Assembly (NCBI RefSeq): GCF_009914755.1
Contig: NC_060947.1
DNA from: the human T2T-CHM13v2.0 reference genome, Homo sapiens
DNA: 64,000 nucleotides
Reading direction: 5' to 3' (one strand)
The position numbers and the translations under genes are program-made. Shown piece after piece: positions 26,118-39,699 of this stretch (the first letter of the stretch is position 1; every line of letters starts with the position of its first letter). A model generated the notes under the pieces. That model saw only the letters and a list, made by a program, of their open reading frames with translations. It was not told the origin of the DNA and searched no databases.

Positions 26118-26333
26118 CAATGGTTCTCAAGTGGGGACTCTTTTGTCCCAGGAGATATTTGGCAATGTCTGGGAACATATTTGGATGCTATGGCTGGGTG
26201 GTAAAAATGTGACTGGCATCTAGTGGGCAGAGGCCTAGATGCCACTAAGCTTCCTACAATGCACAGGACAGCCCCCTATAACAAGGAATTATCCAGCCCC
26301 AAATGTTAGTAGTGCCAAGATTGAAAACCCCTG
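26118..26333 (-). mobile_element. MER20
   Basis: CAATGGTTCTCAA..TTTGGCAATGTCTGG..CTGGCATCTAGTGGGCAGAGGC..AGTGCCAAGATTGAAAACCCCTG. Confidence 0.9.
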
Positions 26334-29300
26334 AAATAGATGCTTCTAGAAATGACACATGTTGCAAGTGGAGGTCTTCCAATAGGGACACAAGTGAAAA
26401 CTATATAAATGTACTCAAAATATCAACTATGAGTTGGATTATGCAAATGGCTTGGGAAAGGAAATGAGGAATGAATCAAAGACTTTACCAAAAGAAACAT
26501 TTTCCCCATCTCCAAGCTCAAGCTGTTCTATTAGTTGTATCTCCAAGAAAGTTAAATTGGTATAGTTCTTGTCCTCTAGGAGATTATAGTAAAAGCTGGG
26601 GATTGACTATTAAGGCATTTGATGATACGGATGCAACACATTATGATATAAAATGCGAGATATTTTATAAATCAAACGCTGAACAAACATTTAAAATGCG
26701 GGCTTATCTCTTTTAGTTACAAAATACTCTTAATGATTTTAATGCTCAACTTTATCTTGCCTGAGTACTTGGTTGGTGAATATTACTTGGAGAATTCTTT
26801 CATTTACAACAAATGGTCACATTAGTTCTCTGTAATAAAACACAGTCTGGGTCATAAAAACACACATCAAAAGAAAAATTTGCCTTATTTATTACTTCAA
26901 TTTCATGCCCAAGTTTCTCTTGCCATGCCTCTTTTTATTAATTTTATGATTTTTATGGTTTATTTGTAAGCAGAGTGCTGTCCCAAAATGGATGAACCTG
27001 TTTACCAGTAAATCAGTAAACTGTAAACATTGCTATAAAATAAAGAATGTTGTTGTGATAAATCAAAAATGAAGAATTCTAGGTATCCCAAGAGAGCATT
27101 TTTGGTAGGTTACATCAGCTAACTCAACTCCTGCACCCATGAATCAGTAATGTTTGCTGGTTTATGAGCCTTGGAAAGCACAAATATTCCCATTTCTCCT
27201 GCTCAGCACATCTCTGTAGTAATAAGTAGGTAATTGGTTTTGTCCTATTACACTCTTTCTATATTACCCTTTGCAATAATCACATATAAATCCACAGGAT
27301 TATGGTTTCCTTTATCATAAATTTTTCATACTCTAACTCCTTATTCTTCCTTTCTTAGTTGTAGCACATACTCCAGAAAAATATCACAACAGTCAAACAA
27401 CACAGATGCTTTTGCTTTTTGTGTTCAAATTATTACATTTCTCACCATTAATTATTTTATTAATGCTGTAAGTGAACTTACCATCTAAAAATACATTATT
27501 TTTTTCTCTCCCATATATAGATCTCCTGGAAATCTCCAATACAGAGCAAAAATTCCACATTAAATTTCCATGGGGAAAGCAAAATTATCATCATATTAGG
27601 ATACCATTCCTTTAAAAACTGAAAAGGGCCTTGGAGAAGAATTTGCACAGTTTTTCTACAGAGAAGAGTAAAGTTTTTACCCTATAGTACATAAAACACA
27701 TAGATTTAAAAAATCCAAATACAACTAATTTTTTTTAATTAAGGTGAAAAAGAATTGCAGAATTTTAGGTAAAAACACATAACATTTTTGCCAGTGCTCA
27801 AGATATTTTTGACAAAATATTCTCCCTACCTTAATACCTTAATCATCAGACTAGCATGTTTTCATTTATCCTCTCTCTTTCTCTCTCTGTCTCTCTTCAT
27901 GAGTATTCCTAAAGTCCCACTCAGAAAATATTTTTCCTTTAGTTGACTCTGAGTCAGCTGATGCAGACATTTTATTATTCATTGACTAAATTCCCCTTCA
28001 ATGGGACATACCCTTAGTAGCAGTATTGTGAAGCTGAGGCGTCCATGTTTGTGTATGGGGAGCTTTTCATGCCCCTGTATCCCCGTGTTAGGTGTTAGTA
28101 GTATTGTCTGGCGTCACAGACTTGGACACTTAAGGGGAAATGTGTTCTTCTACAAGGGGACAGAGAAGAGCCTTGGGAGATCCAGGAGGCTGCTTCCTTT
28201 TCACACCATGTGTAATGGTCAGTGTTCATAGAAGACAGTATTAACCCTACCTGGGCAGCACTTGAGATGTCATGATTGCTTACATTGGTCTCATTCCATC
28301 AAGTAAAGAACCCTCATGAGTAGAAGAGCCATCTACAATAAAGAGGGATTTGAACTAGGTAGTGAAGGATGCAAGCGGAAAATACCATATGGAGTCTGTA
28401 GGTTCTACCCATATTTCCTGTTTTGGTATCTCACTTATTTACATTTTTAAATCAAATGCCTTATTTCCTTGTCTTTTGCCCTAAAATGATAGTGTATGTT
28501 GGCTGTGATGGCTAAATGTACCACTTACTACCTCTATTGTTGAATATTAACATGGATCCAAATAAAGCCAGAGAGGAGATAGATATTCCCATGATGTCCA
28601 GGACTCAAGGCTGGGCTTTCAGTTGTCTCCTTTCAGGGAGAAGTCAGTCAGGATTTTATTGTACATGGAATTGTTGCAACGTGTTAGGTGGAGGATAATT
28701 ATGAAAATGTATATATGAAGAAGAGCCTATTTTTGGGTAGTGGAGCAGCAAGGAATTTCATGGGAGTTTTTGTTTTTGAACACATATCAATCATTCATCA
28801 CTCCCCAGAATAGTATCTTCACTTCTTTGCGCGGTTTGCTATGTCTTCATCGTGTGCGGTCTTATAAGGGACTTTATGATAAAATGGCCTCCAAGAACAT
28901 CGTGAAAGGGTGAGCATGTAATCCATGTTAGAGAAATTGGATTCTCTTTTCAAGGCCTTTGAATGTTACACAGGGCAGAAAAATAATTGGAGCTCATTTA
29001 TCCCAGGAGCTGTACACAAAGAAGCAATCAAGCAATCATTATTTCCTGGATTCTGGAGACACCTTTGTCCTTGTTAGTTTCTGGCCCTAATTCTTTCTGA
29101 GCTATGAATGATCCTATTGTTTAAATCATTTTTGTTTCTTTCCTTAAGTTAGCTAGCAATGGTTTCTATCACTGGGACTAATAAATAAATCCACATTGAC
29201 ATTCCTTATGACTAATTTCAACATACGATAGTTTGTTAGGTGAATATGATTTACTTAAAATCAATTATCCGTCTGGTTCAAAACACTAGATTAGTCATTT

Positions 29301-30430
29301 TCCTGTTTTTTTAATCATTGAGGGTGCCCAGTGCAGAATATTGATATTATTGTAAATCTTATATTTATTACAGGAATTGCATTAATAACTGTAACAGTTT
29401 AAAATAAAAATCAGAATGCCTTTAGTAATAAAGATTCTTCCATTGAAGGACTCAAGACTGTGAAAGTCACAATAATTAAATTAACACAGTAGGGTTCCAT
29501 TTCCTATGGGGAAATAGCTGCAGTTATAAACAACCATTAGTATTCCCAGTCTCCAAGTCACAACCAGTAGAATGAGGCCAGGCTGGGTATTAAGTCAGAG
29601 GCAGATTAATGGACATTCTGGTAATATGAAGGGTAGGAATGATTAAAGGGCAAACTCATTGCGACATGTTGTAAATGAGGCTGTAGTGATGTGGACCAAA
29701 ACTGATGGGGCCATAACCACTGGTTGAAATTGAATCAGAAAACCCCTGTGTGGGCATAGATCACCACAATGCCAATAATTAAGAAAAGATACAGATGATC
29801 GATTAAGTTTGTAAATAGCATGTGACAGCTGATTTCTATGCAAATCCATTTAATGACAGCTAAGTAAATGAAATTGATTGATAAGTATGACTGTTTTAAC
29901 TTGAGAGGTTTAACTAGATGTCATTGTCTTTTACAAACACTTCCACACCCTCCAATATTTTGAAGGTTAAACCTTTTGAAATTTCTCACCCTAAATTAAA
30001 ATTAGACCAACAGAAAACATATGCATTGGTGAGAAAAATACCTGGAAAATGATAATTCATTGAGGTCATCCCTTCTAACCTGGACTACATACCTTATTTT
30101 GGGAAAATTAACAATTGCCCAAGGAAAAGCTACTACAATCCTCATCTTGTCAGCTCTTCCTCTATGATTAATGACCAGAGAAGACATTTCTAAGGATTGT
30201 CTGGAACACCCTCAGAAGAAACATGGGCTTAAATTTAAGACATACAGAATGTTAAGAGTTTAAACTACTCTCTGAGTATATAGGATACTTGAGTCATCTT
30301 TAAGAAATCATTGTCCAAGGAAGATGAAATTTCAGGCTGAAAATGTCAAAGTGAAAAGCACAATACATTGCTTATTCTGATAACTGGATATTGACTAATT
30401 GGTTGTGGTACCTGTCCCACAGAAGTGATC

Positions 30431-30797
30431 TGTATTAGTCTGTTTTCACGCTGCTGATAAAGACATACCCAAGACTGGGCAATTTATAAAAGAAAGAGGT
30501 TTAACTGGACTCACACTTCCCCTTGGCTGGGGAGGCGTCACAATCATGGTGGAAGGCAAAGGGAAGCAAGTCACATCTTACGTGGAAGGCGGCAGGCAAA
30601 AAAAGGGCTTGTGCAGGGCAGCTCCGATTTTTACGACCATCAGATTTTGTGAGACCCATTCACTATCAACAGAACAGCACGAGGAAAACCCGACCCCATA
30701 ATTCAATCATCTCCATCCTGGTCCCTCCCACAACACGGGGGAATTATGGGAGCTACAAGATGGGATTTGGGTGGAGTCACAGAGACAAACCATATCA
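30431..30797 (-). mobile_element. THE1 solo LTR
   Basis: TGTATTAGTC..AAACCATATCA; exact TSD TGATC. Confidence 0.95.
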
Positions 30798-31154
30798 TGA
30801 TCTAACTGACTTTTTTAAATTATTGTTATTTTTTATTATAATAGTATGCAACCTTAGAACATATATCCCCTTGTAATCTTCAGTCTTCTCTTGCACAGAT
30901 GAATGAGTTTATATGGTGCTCCTGTTTAATTATTCAGATACATACAGTAAGGAACAGTTAAGATCAATTATGAAAGAAACAGTAACAACAAACTACTACA
31001 ATTAAGCAAGTGTGTGGTTTACAAAACTAATCTAGATTTATATTTGTTATTTTCTTACATTATACAGTTGTTTAGGGTTAAATCCAAAATTTCCTCAGAG
31101 TATTGCCCCATGAAAGCTAACATCTCTTCATCTAATATTTACTTCTCAACTATG

Positions 31155-31592
31155 AGCTATGGTTTGAATGTCTGTCACCTTCAAAACTCATGTTGAAACT
31201 TGGTTCCCAATGTAGCAGGGTTGAGAGATGGGGCCTTTAAAAGGTGACTGGATCATGACAGAGCCCTCATGGATTAATTTATTCAACGGATTAATGGGTT
31301 AATGCACTAATGGCTTAATGGGTTATTATGGGAGGGAAACTGGTGGCTTTATAAGAAGGGGAAGAGAGACCTGAACGAGCGGGTTGGCACATTCAGCCCC
31401 CTCACCACATACTGCCCTGCATCGCCTTGGGATTCTGCAGAGTCTCCACCAGCAAGAGGGCTCTCACCAGATGCAGCCTCTCAACCTTAGACATCTCAGC
31501 CTCTATGATTGCAAAAAGTAAATTACTTTTTTTTAAATAAATTACCGAATTTTAGCTATTCTGTTATAAGCAACAGAAAATGAACTAGGACA
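31155..31592 (+). mobile_element. MSTB-type MaLR solo LTR
   Basis: GCTATGGTTTGAATG..GGATTAATGGGTTAATG..TATAAGCAACAGAAAATGAACTAGGACA. Confidence 0.88.
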
Positions 31593-31693
31593 CATCGTTT
31601 CCATGACTTATAGAAGTTATGAATCTGTTTGTTTGCATTTTCTCAAACAGATATCCTATTCTTGATTAATATATAGCATATCCATTTTTTAAA

Positions 31694-31855
31694 GCAGTAC
31701 TTGTCAAATTTTAATGTTTATATAAATCACCTGGGGATCTTTTTAAAATACGAATTATAATTTAGCAGCTCTGGAGCAGGAACTGGGATTCTGCATTCTA
31801 CCGCCCAGCTGCTAGGTCATGTTCATGCTGCTTCAGGTCCTTGGGGTAGTCAGGC
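31694..31855 (-). mobile_element. MER5-family MITE
   Basis: CAAATTTTAATG..AATCACCTGGGGATCT..GATTCTGCATT. Confidence 0.7.
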
Positions 31856-31861
31856 TTAAGT

Positions 31862-32467
<606 letters not shown>

Positions 32468-33614
32468 CTTTAATTCATCATTCTATAGTAGATTGAGCTA
32501 TCTGCAAGAAGTGGATTATACTTGAATAAAAACAAGACATTCTCCTCCATCCCCAGATGCAAGTTGTTTATGGGAGTTATCTGAAAAAGCAAAAGAAGTA
32601 AAGAGTTTCATGTGCTTTTAAGAAAACATTATCCTGGGAGATTAGACACTAAGACCACATTTGTTTTTTCATGTTTATTTTAATTTCTGGAAATTATATT
32701 TAGAGAAGATATCAACCATCTGTTTAATTGTTCTGTATTTAATATTACACTATGGATCAATGGGACATATAAAATACATTTAGTATGATTTATAGAGATT
32801 AATTATTGTCCAATTATGGTTTAATTGGAGCTTTAGGACATGACTGCAATTTCTTTTTATTTAATATTTCCATATGTCCATACAGTTACCACTAGGACAA
32901 AATTTAAATATCTATATAAACCATTACATTAGAGTTTTGAGCCTCGGGTACTGTACTTAGCTTGGGGAAAACTGTTATATCCAGGTAAAATCTCTCACCC
33001 TGTTCTTACAGAACTCTGACAGGACTGTGTTACTGTTGATGTTTGAGTTTTACTTTAACTTCTTTTGGCCTTGACTATGTAACATCCTTGCTTTCTGGGG
33101 TGGTGTAGCTTTGGAAAACTCAGAATAAGGGTGGCCTAATCCTGGAAGAACAGAAACTGTATGGAAATTATAATTCTGAAATCCAGAACATGGCATGCCA
33201 CTTCATCAATTCTAAGATACCATAGATTGAAAGTTGTATCCTTATTTTACATGCCACTAAAGAATGAGGGCATGTAAAATACACACCCACACACATACAC
33301 ACACATCTAAAACAACAAGCTATCCCTTTGGCAATGTCAGTCCATCAATTTTGAGTCACATGCTAATTTCATATCTGGGTCTTAGAATCAATGAAATATG
33401 GTCTTTAAATCTTAGGTGCACATTTAGGCTGGAATTATCTAATTTTGCATTTATGTGAGATGATGATTATGATAACACTGCTTATAATACTGATTACAGC
33501 ATCCAAAATATATTATTTTCATTGCTTCTTTTCCTTCTAGATGGACTAATGTGATTTTTTTTATGATAAAATCGAGTCTCAGACATGTGGAATATCTTAT
33601 TCGATGTTGCACAG

Positions 33615-34005
33615 ATACTACATTCGTCAGGGAATTCTAGCTGCTAAAATAAGTGAATCCGAGCACATGTAATGGCTCCACCATGCTGGAAGTTCATTTA
33701 TCATTCCTGCAAAGACCAAAACAGGCATCCTTGATGGAAGGCAGCTGTTCCCCAAGCAGCCAATGGGAACCCTGAGCTCTTACATCCTATGGATCTACCA
33801 TCTTCTATGAATAGTTTCCAAGTTCTCCGTGCTTGTAGTCTCAAGTCCGTGCAAGTGGAAGGAATACAAGGAAGTGCACATGGGAGGTTTTTATGGTGTC
33901 GCTCAACACTTCCGCTCACATTCCTTCCTCTGGAAGTCAGTCATGTGATGCCCAACCTCAAGGAAGTTGGAAAATGAGTCTAGCCTTGGACCAGGAAGAA
34001 GAGAT
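33615..34005 (-). mobile_element. Old MaLR LTR (MLT1K/L-like)
   Basis: TCAGTCATGTGATGCCCAACCT..GGAAAATGAGTCTAGC..CCAGGAAGAAGAG end motif. Confidence 0.55.
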
Positions 34006-34954
34006 GAATTAGTATTCAAGCTAGAATCCTCCAGGTTTCTTGTCCTCTCCTTCTGAACTGAACCCCTCCTAACCCTTTTAATGTCTACATTCCAAATTCT
34101 ACCTCAAAGGTAGAAGAGAGCCAAGATCAATGATTTAAGTGATCCTAACAGTTTCCTGAATTTCAAGTTTTGTCTATACATTAGCGCCTTCTTTTAATTT
34201 CAGTGCTCCAAGATGGGCAATTATGGATTTCATTTCCTGCAAGTTTACTATAGCACTCATTAAATTATGCAGAGTAGTATTTCTTCCTATGCTGGGGATA
34301 TTATCTTTGTGTTAATCTCCTAGCCTATGGTATCGGCAAGTGGAACTTGTAATATTTTAGCACCTTGGAATTTTAGTGTAATGGTTCTGACAGCAACTTA
34401 CATTTGCATGGGGGTAGGAGATTCTTTCTGAAGATCTGTACACATGTTCATGCATTTCATCCACACTGCAGGTTTAAAAAAATCCATGACAGTGCTAGAA
34501 ATAACCAAGCTATAAGTAGCCAGTGCTAGAAGAAAATTGGCTCATTTTAACTAGAGACTGGTAGAATAGATGAGACTGTCAAAGACACAAGAGTGTTTTT
34601 GCCTTCCCTTTTCCCTGTGGTACTTTCTGAATACATTTTATGTTTCTTATCCTGGTCGTGAATAAGAGCCCATCATTGCCAACTGGAGGAGAGTCTGCCA
34701 GGCACACCAGCAGAAGCAGTTCTCTTTGCTCTACTTCCTTATTGAAATGTCCCAGTGATAGGTTTGAAGCCTCAGTCATCAAACAGCTTGAGTTTGTGAT
34801 AATCTCATTTAGCCTGTTGTTGTGATTTTTAAAATAACGAATCAATTATCCAGATGTCTTTGCAGGGTTCTGCAAAGCAGAAATAGTGTCACTTATGGGA
34901 CCATAGGGACAACTTCAGTAATACAAAGATTAGAGATCAAAAATGCCAATGTTG

Positions 34955-36880
34955 ATTTTTACGTGTAAAAAACCCTAAAGACTCCACATAAAAAACTGTT
35001 AGAACTAACAAATAAAGTTGCAGGAGACAAAATCAACACACAAAAATCAGTTGCATATCTGTACACTAACAATGATCTATCAAAAAAAGGAAATTAAGAA
35101 AACAACCTCATTTGCAATAGCATCAAGAAGAATAAAATACTTAGGAAGAAACTTAACCAAAGAGGTGAAAGATTTATATACTGAAAATATAAAACATTGC
35201 TGAAAGAAATAAAAAAGATGAAAATGAATAGGAAGACATCCTGTGTTCATAGATTGAAAGATAACATTGTTAAAATGTCCATACTACACAAAGAGATCTA
35301 CAGAGTAAATGAAATCCCTATCAAAATGCCAAGGCATTTTTTTTTGCAGAAATATAAAAAAGCCTACAATTTACATGGAGTCAGAAGGGACTCCAAATAG
35401 CCAAAAGATTCTTGAAAAAGAACAAATTTGGAGATCACATGCTTCCTGATTTCCAAGCTTATTACAAAACTACAGTAATCAAAACAGTGTGGTACAGGCA
35501 TAAAGACAGGCATGTAGACCAGTGGGATGGAATACTAGAAACACACGAGAAATAAATCCTCATGTATATATTCAAATGATCTTTTACAAGGATGGCAGCA
35601 CTACTCAATGGGAAAAGGATAGTCTCTTCAACAAATGGTATTGGGGAAACTAGATATCCACATGCAAAAGAATAAAGTTGAGCTTTTACCTTATGCCATG
35701 TACAAAAGTTAATTCAAAATAGGTTCAAAACCTAAACAATATCTACAGCTATAAAAGTCCTAGAGGAAAACATAGAGCAAAAGCTTCATAATATTGGTCT
35801 TGACAATGATTTCTTAGACATGATACCAAAGCCCAGTCAAAAAAACCACAAATTGACAGGTGAGACTACATCAAACTTAAAAAACTTCTGCACACTAAAG
35901 GAAACAATTAACAGAGTGAAAAGGCAACCTACAGGATGGGAAAAAAATTTGAAAATCATGTATCTGAAACAGGGTTAATATCTAGACTATAAAGAAATTC
36001 TACAACCCCAAAACAGTAACAAAATAAAACAAAAAAACTGATTAATAAATGGGCAAAAGACTTGAATAGATATTTCTCCAAAACAAACCTATATTAATGG
36101 CCAACGAGCATATGAAAAGCTGCTCAACATCACTAATCACTAGGGAAATGCAAATCAAAACTACAATGATATATCAACTCACATCCATTAGGATGTCTGG
36201 TATTAAATAACAAGAAAATAACAAGTGTTGGTGAGGATGTGGAGAAATTGGAACCCTTGTGTACTGTTGGTGAAAATGGAAAAGGGTGCAGTCCTTGTGG
36301 AAAACAAAATGGAGATTCCTCAAAAAATTAAAAATAGAACTGCTATATGATCCAGCAATCCCACTTCTAGGTAACAGGTAAAAGAATTGAAACCAGAATA
36401 TAGAAAAGATATATGCACACTCATGTTTATTGCAGCATTATTCACAATAGCCAAGAAGTGGAAGAACCATTGATAGATGAATGGATAATGTGGTGGACAC
36501 ATACAATGGAATGTTATTCAGTCTTTAAAAAAAGAAATCATGTCACATGCTACGATATGAATGAACCTTGAGAAAACAATGCTAAGTGAAAGAAGCCAGT
36601 CATGAAAACACAAATACTGTATGCTTCCACTTATATGAGGTATCTAAAGTGATCAAACTCATAGAAACAGAAAGTAGAATGGTGGTTGCCAGGGGCTGGT
36701 GGGAGGGAAAATGGGGAATTTTTGTTAATGCCTACAGAGTTTTAGTTTTGCAAGATGAAAAAGTTCTGGAGATCTTTTGCTCAACAATATGCATATAGTT
36801 AACATTACTGAACAGTGCACTTAAAAAAAAGATAGTAAATTTCATTTTGTGTGTGTGTTTTATTACCACAATTAAGAATA
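34955..36880 (+). mobile_element. 5'-truncated L1MB (ORF2 3' half plus 3'UTR), degenerate
   Basis: Translated fragments match L1 ORF2 (IKYLGRNLTKEVKDLYTEN, NIVKMSIL); L1MB-type 3'UTR ending TTATTACCACAAT; many stops and frameshifts. Confidence 0.93.
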
Positions 36881-37289
36881 AAGGGTTCAAGGATTGAGGC
36901 TAGAGGCTTGCTCATGATACTTGGCAAATTGAGTCTAGGTTTCTGGGTCCAGTAATCGGGTTTGTAAAAAAAGAAAACAACCAATAAAAACACCTTTTAC
37001 TAAAAGGTTCTCAAGCCATAAACTTGTCTAAACAGCTGGGTGAATTTCAACAAAGGATCAGGGTTACAGCGATATTGACAGACTCTCTAGAACCCATAAA
37101 GGCTTGGAAATTAGTTACTAGCATCAGCGTTAGTAATTAGTCCACTCTTTTCTGTAGGCCCAGAACTTTAAAATAAAGACATTTGCCACTTAGGTCCTAT
37201 GTCTAAAGGCCAATTAAGGGCATCGTGTGCAAAATGATTTAAAAATATGACATTTAGAGTAAGAGAGATCTGACTTTACATATATATGC

Positions 37290-39160
37290 CACCATTTCTT
37301 TCATCGTTCATAGCAAACAATACAAAATGCTACATAATGAGACTGAGGCTGTGACACTTCATATATTCAGAAACAATTATGAGTCATACCCACAAGGATC
37401 TCACATATGTCTTTGGAAAACACTTTCATTATTTAATTCCTGTTAGAGCCAACTAACTCTTCTGGGTATCTAATTGAAATCTGTAGGGCCAAGTGAGAGT
37501 CAATTCTTTCTGGAGAACTGGCTTGCTAGTTTCTATCTTACAATGTGTGATTCTGGGGATTATAGCACTCACCTGTTTTTTAAAATCTTCCAACAATGCA
37601 AATGGTTGCAATTTTATTGGAAGTATTAAAAAACCTCACCTATTGAAAATTTTACTTTTGACTATATTTTTATAATTGAACACACACACGTATACACTGT
37701 TTTTGGAGAAACAGTTTTTTTATACTTACTGTGTATTACTTGAAAGTAAAAACATAAATTGTTATTCCAACTGTAGGGGGGGATTTTATTATTTGCCTTT
37801 GTTTGGCTTCCCTATATGTATACATGGAAACCGGTGTTCAAATGCAAGTGGCTTATTAGAGACATAAAACTAGGTGAATGAGAACATGAGCCAGGAAGTA
37901 GAATGCAAGCATTAAAGCAATATAGTCTATAGAACAATACTGAGAGCTAAATCCATAAATAATTTTAAAATTTCTAATAGCTACACTTCTTAAAATGTAG
38001 GAAAAATCAGGGGCAATATTCATTTTAATAATATATTTTACTTAACCCAATATATCCAAAACATTATTTCAGCATGCAATCAATATACTATTATTAAAAA
38101 GATATTTTCTATACTTTTTCTATATAAAGTCTTCAGATTGTGGCATGCATTCTGTACTTAAAGCACATCTTAGTTCAGGCAGTCTGCATTTCAGATGCTC
38201 AATTGGGTTGTGGTTAGTGGCTACCATATTGAGCTGCGCAGTAATAAATGAGATGTTATAAGGCAGCTATCTCTGTGTTTGACTGGTGCTTAATCCTGCT
38301 GAGAAAATGCTGGTAACTAAAGTCAGAAATATCCTATGAGAGAGCAAGTGAGTTGTGGTATGTATTCAGCAAGTCCTGTCACTTGAGGGTTGAGAGCTCC
38401 TCCCAGGGGCGTTAACTCCCTCATCACTTCTCACCTGCCAATGGGACAGAAGAAAGTGGAGTTCAGTGGCCCGAGAAATCCCACTGAGAAGTGACTGGGG
38501 TGCCCTCCAATAGCAAAGGTGAGAGGATATTGGTGGGCAGTGGGCAGCATGTGCTACATTATTCAACACTATTTATACAAAGGTCAAAACAAGATCTCAC
38601 TCCCAGACCAGTCTTCTCTTAGACAATTAAAGCAAGATACTTGGAAATCTATCTTTAAATGTTTCTTTCAGGTTCAAAGATTCCACACTTGCTTTCAGAA
38701 AATACTTTCATTACCTAATTACTGTTAGAGTCAAATAGCTCTTCTGGGTATCTAATTGAAGTCGGTAGGACAATTTTAAAGCCTTTACTCTTGTTCTTTT
38801 AGGAGAACTGGCTTGCTATTTTCTCTTAAAATTCATGATTCTGAGGACTATACCACTGCTTTTAAAGGCTACCAACAATGCAAACTTGTTACAGTTTTAG
38901 TGAAAGCTCAAAAAAATAGCCTGATGGAAAGCTTTTACTTTTGTTTGTTTTTTTTTTTCATAATAGATTGATAAGTCCAGCTCACAAATTACTTTGGTAT
39001 ATTTTAGTCTTCTATTGGATATGTTCAAGTATCACAATTCCTTTAAACATACGTAGGATAACAAAATGAATTGTTAAACAATAAGACTGAGGCTGTGATA
39101 CTTCACATATTTTAAAGCAACTACTGAGTCCCACCCATAAATCTTGGTTAATCTATCTTC
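37290..39160. repeat. Ancient local tandem amplification (~500-bp unit, three partial copies)
   Basis: 37400-37670 aligns with 38680-38955 (CTCTTCTGGGTATCTAATTGAA, GGAGAACTGGCTTGCTA, CCAACAATGCAAA); 37310-37400 aligns with 39050-39145 (AGACTGAGGCTGTGA.ACTTCA.ATATT). Confidence 0.85.
37905..38242 (-). mobile_element. MER33 (hAT-Charlie)
   Basis: TTTTAATAATATATTTTACTTAACCCAATATATCCAAAACATTAT..GTGGTTAGTGGCTACCATATTG. Confidence 0.85.
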
Positions 39161-39592
39161 ATGGCACCTCAATTTCATTTCTTAATATGCAGGACATCGT
39201 TTGTGGAATTTTCTAGTTTTTCCTTACTGATCTCCAGTTGAGAGATCAAAACCATCAAAAGAACATGACGTACAGAGTAACGAGATTGAGGACTGCATCC
39301 TGCTATGTTTGCTTGGTTGAGAAATGTACTCAATGTCATAGTTTCCAGACATGCACAATAAAATAGCAAAAACTTAGCATGCATGGATGTGAGTGTAAAC
39401 AAAAATTTGGTATTTGAAGGTACATACGGCCCATCTAAGAGACCTTCAGGGCCAGACTTTGAGGCCAAATCTGCAGAGCGTCATCTGATTATCTCAAGGT
39501 GGACTCTGGTCTTTTCATAGATGGTGTGTGATTGCCATGAAAATAAAGATAAACAAATAAACAAACAAACAAAAAAAACAAGGATCTTAGCC

Positions 39593-39699
39593 CAAGGCTA
39601 AGGCTAAAACTAGGGCTAGGGCTAGGGCTGGGGTTTGGTTTAGGGTAGGGTAGGGTTAAGGTTAGAGCTAGGGTGAGTTTATGTTAGGATTGGGTTAGG
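39593..39699 (+). repeat. Degenerate telomere-like (TTAGGG/CTAGGG) array
   Basis: About 17 hexamer-like units (CTAGGG x3, TTAGGG, TAGGG, TTAAGG, TTAGAG, TTAGGA); flanked by a GGATCTTAGCC direct repeat. Confidence 0.8.

Noticed and set aside
27944-27958. AP-1/ARE-like motif TGACTCTGAGTCAGC
   Set aside because: A single short motif is expected by chance in 64 kb; it cannot support an enhancer call without chromatin data
34955-36880. Coding-competent L1 ORF2
   Set aside because: 5'-truncated with many stops and frameshifts; the same applies to 47305-48475
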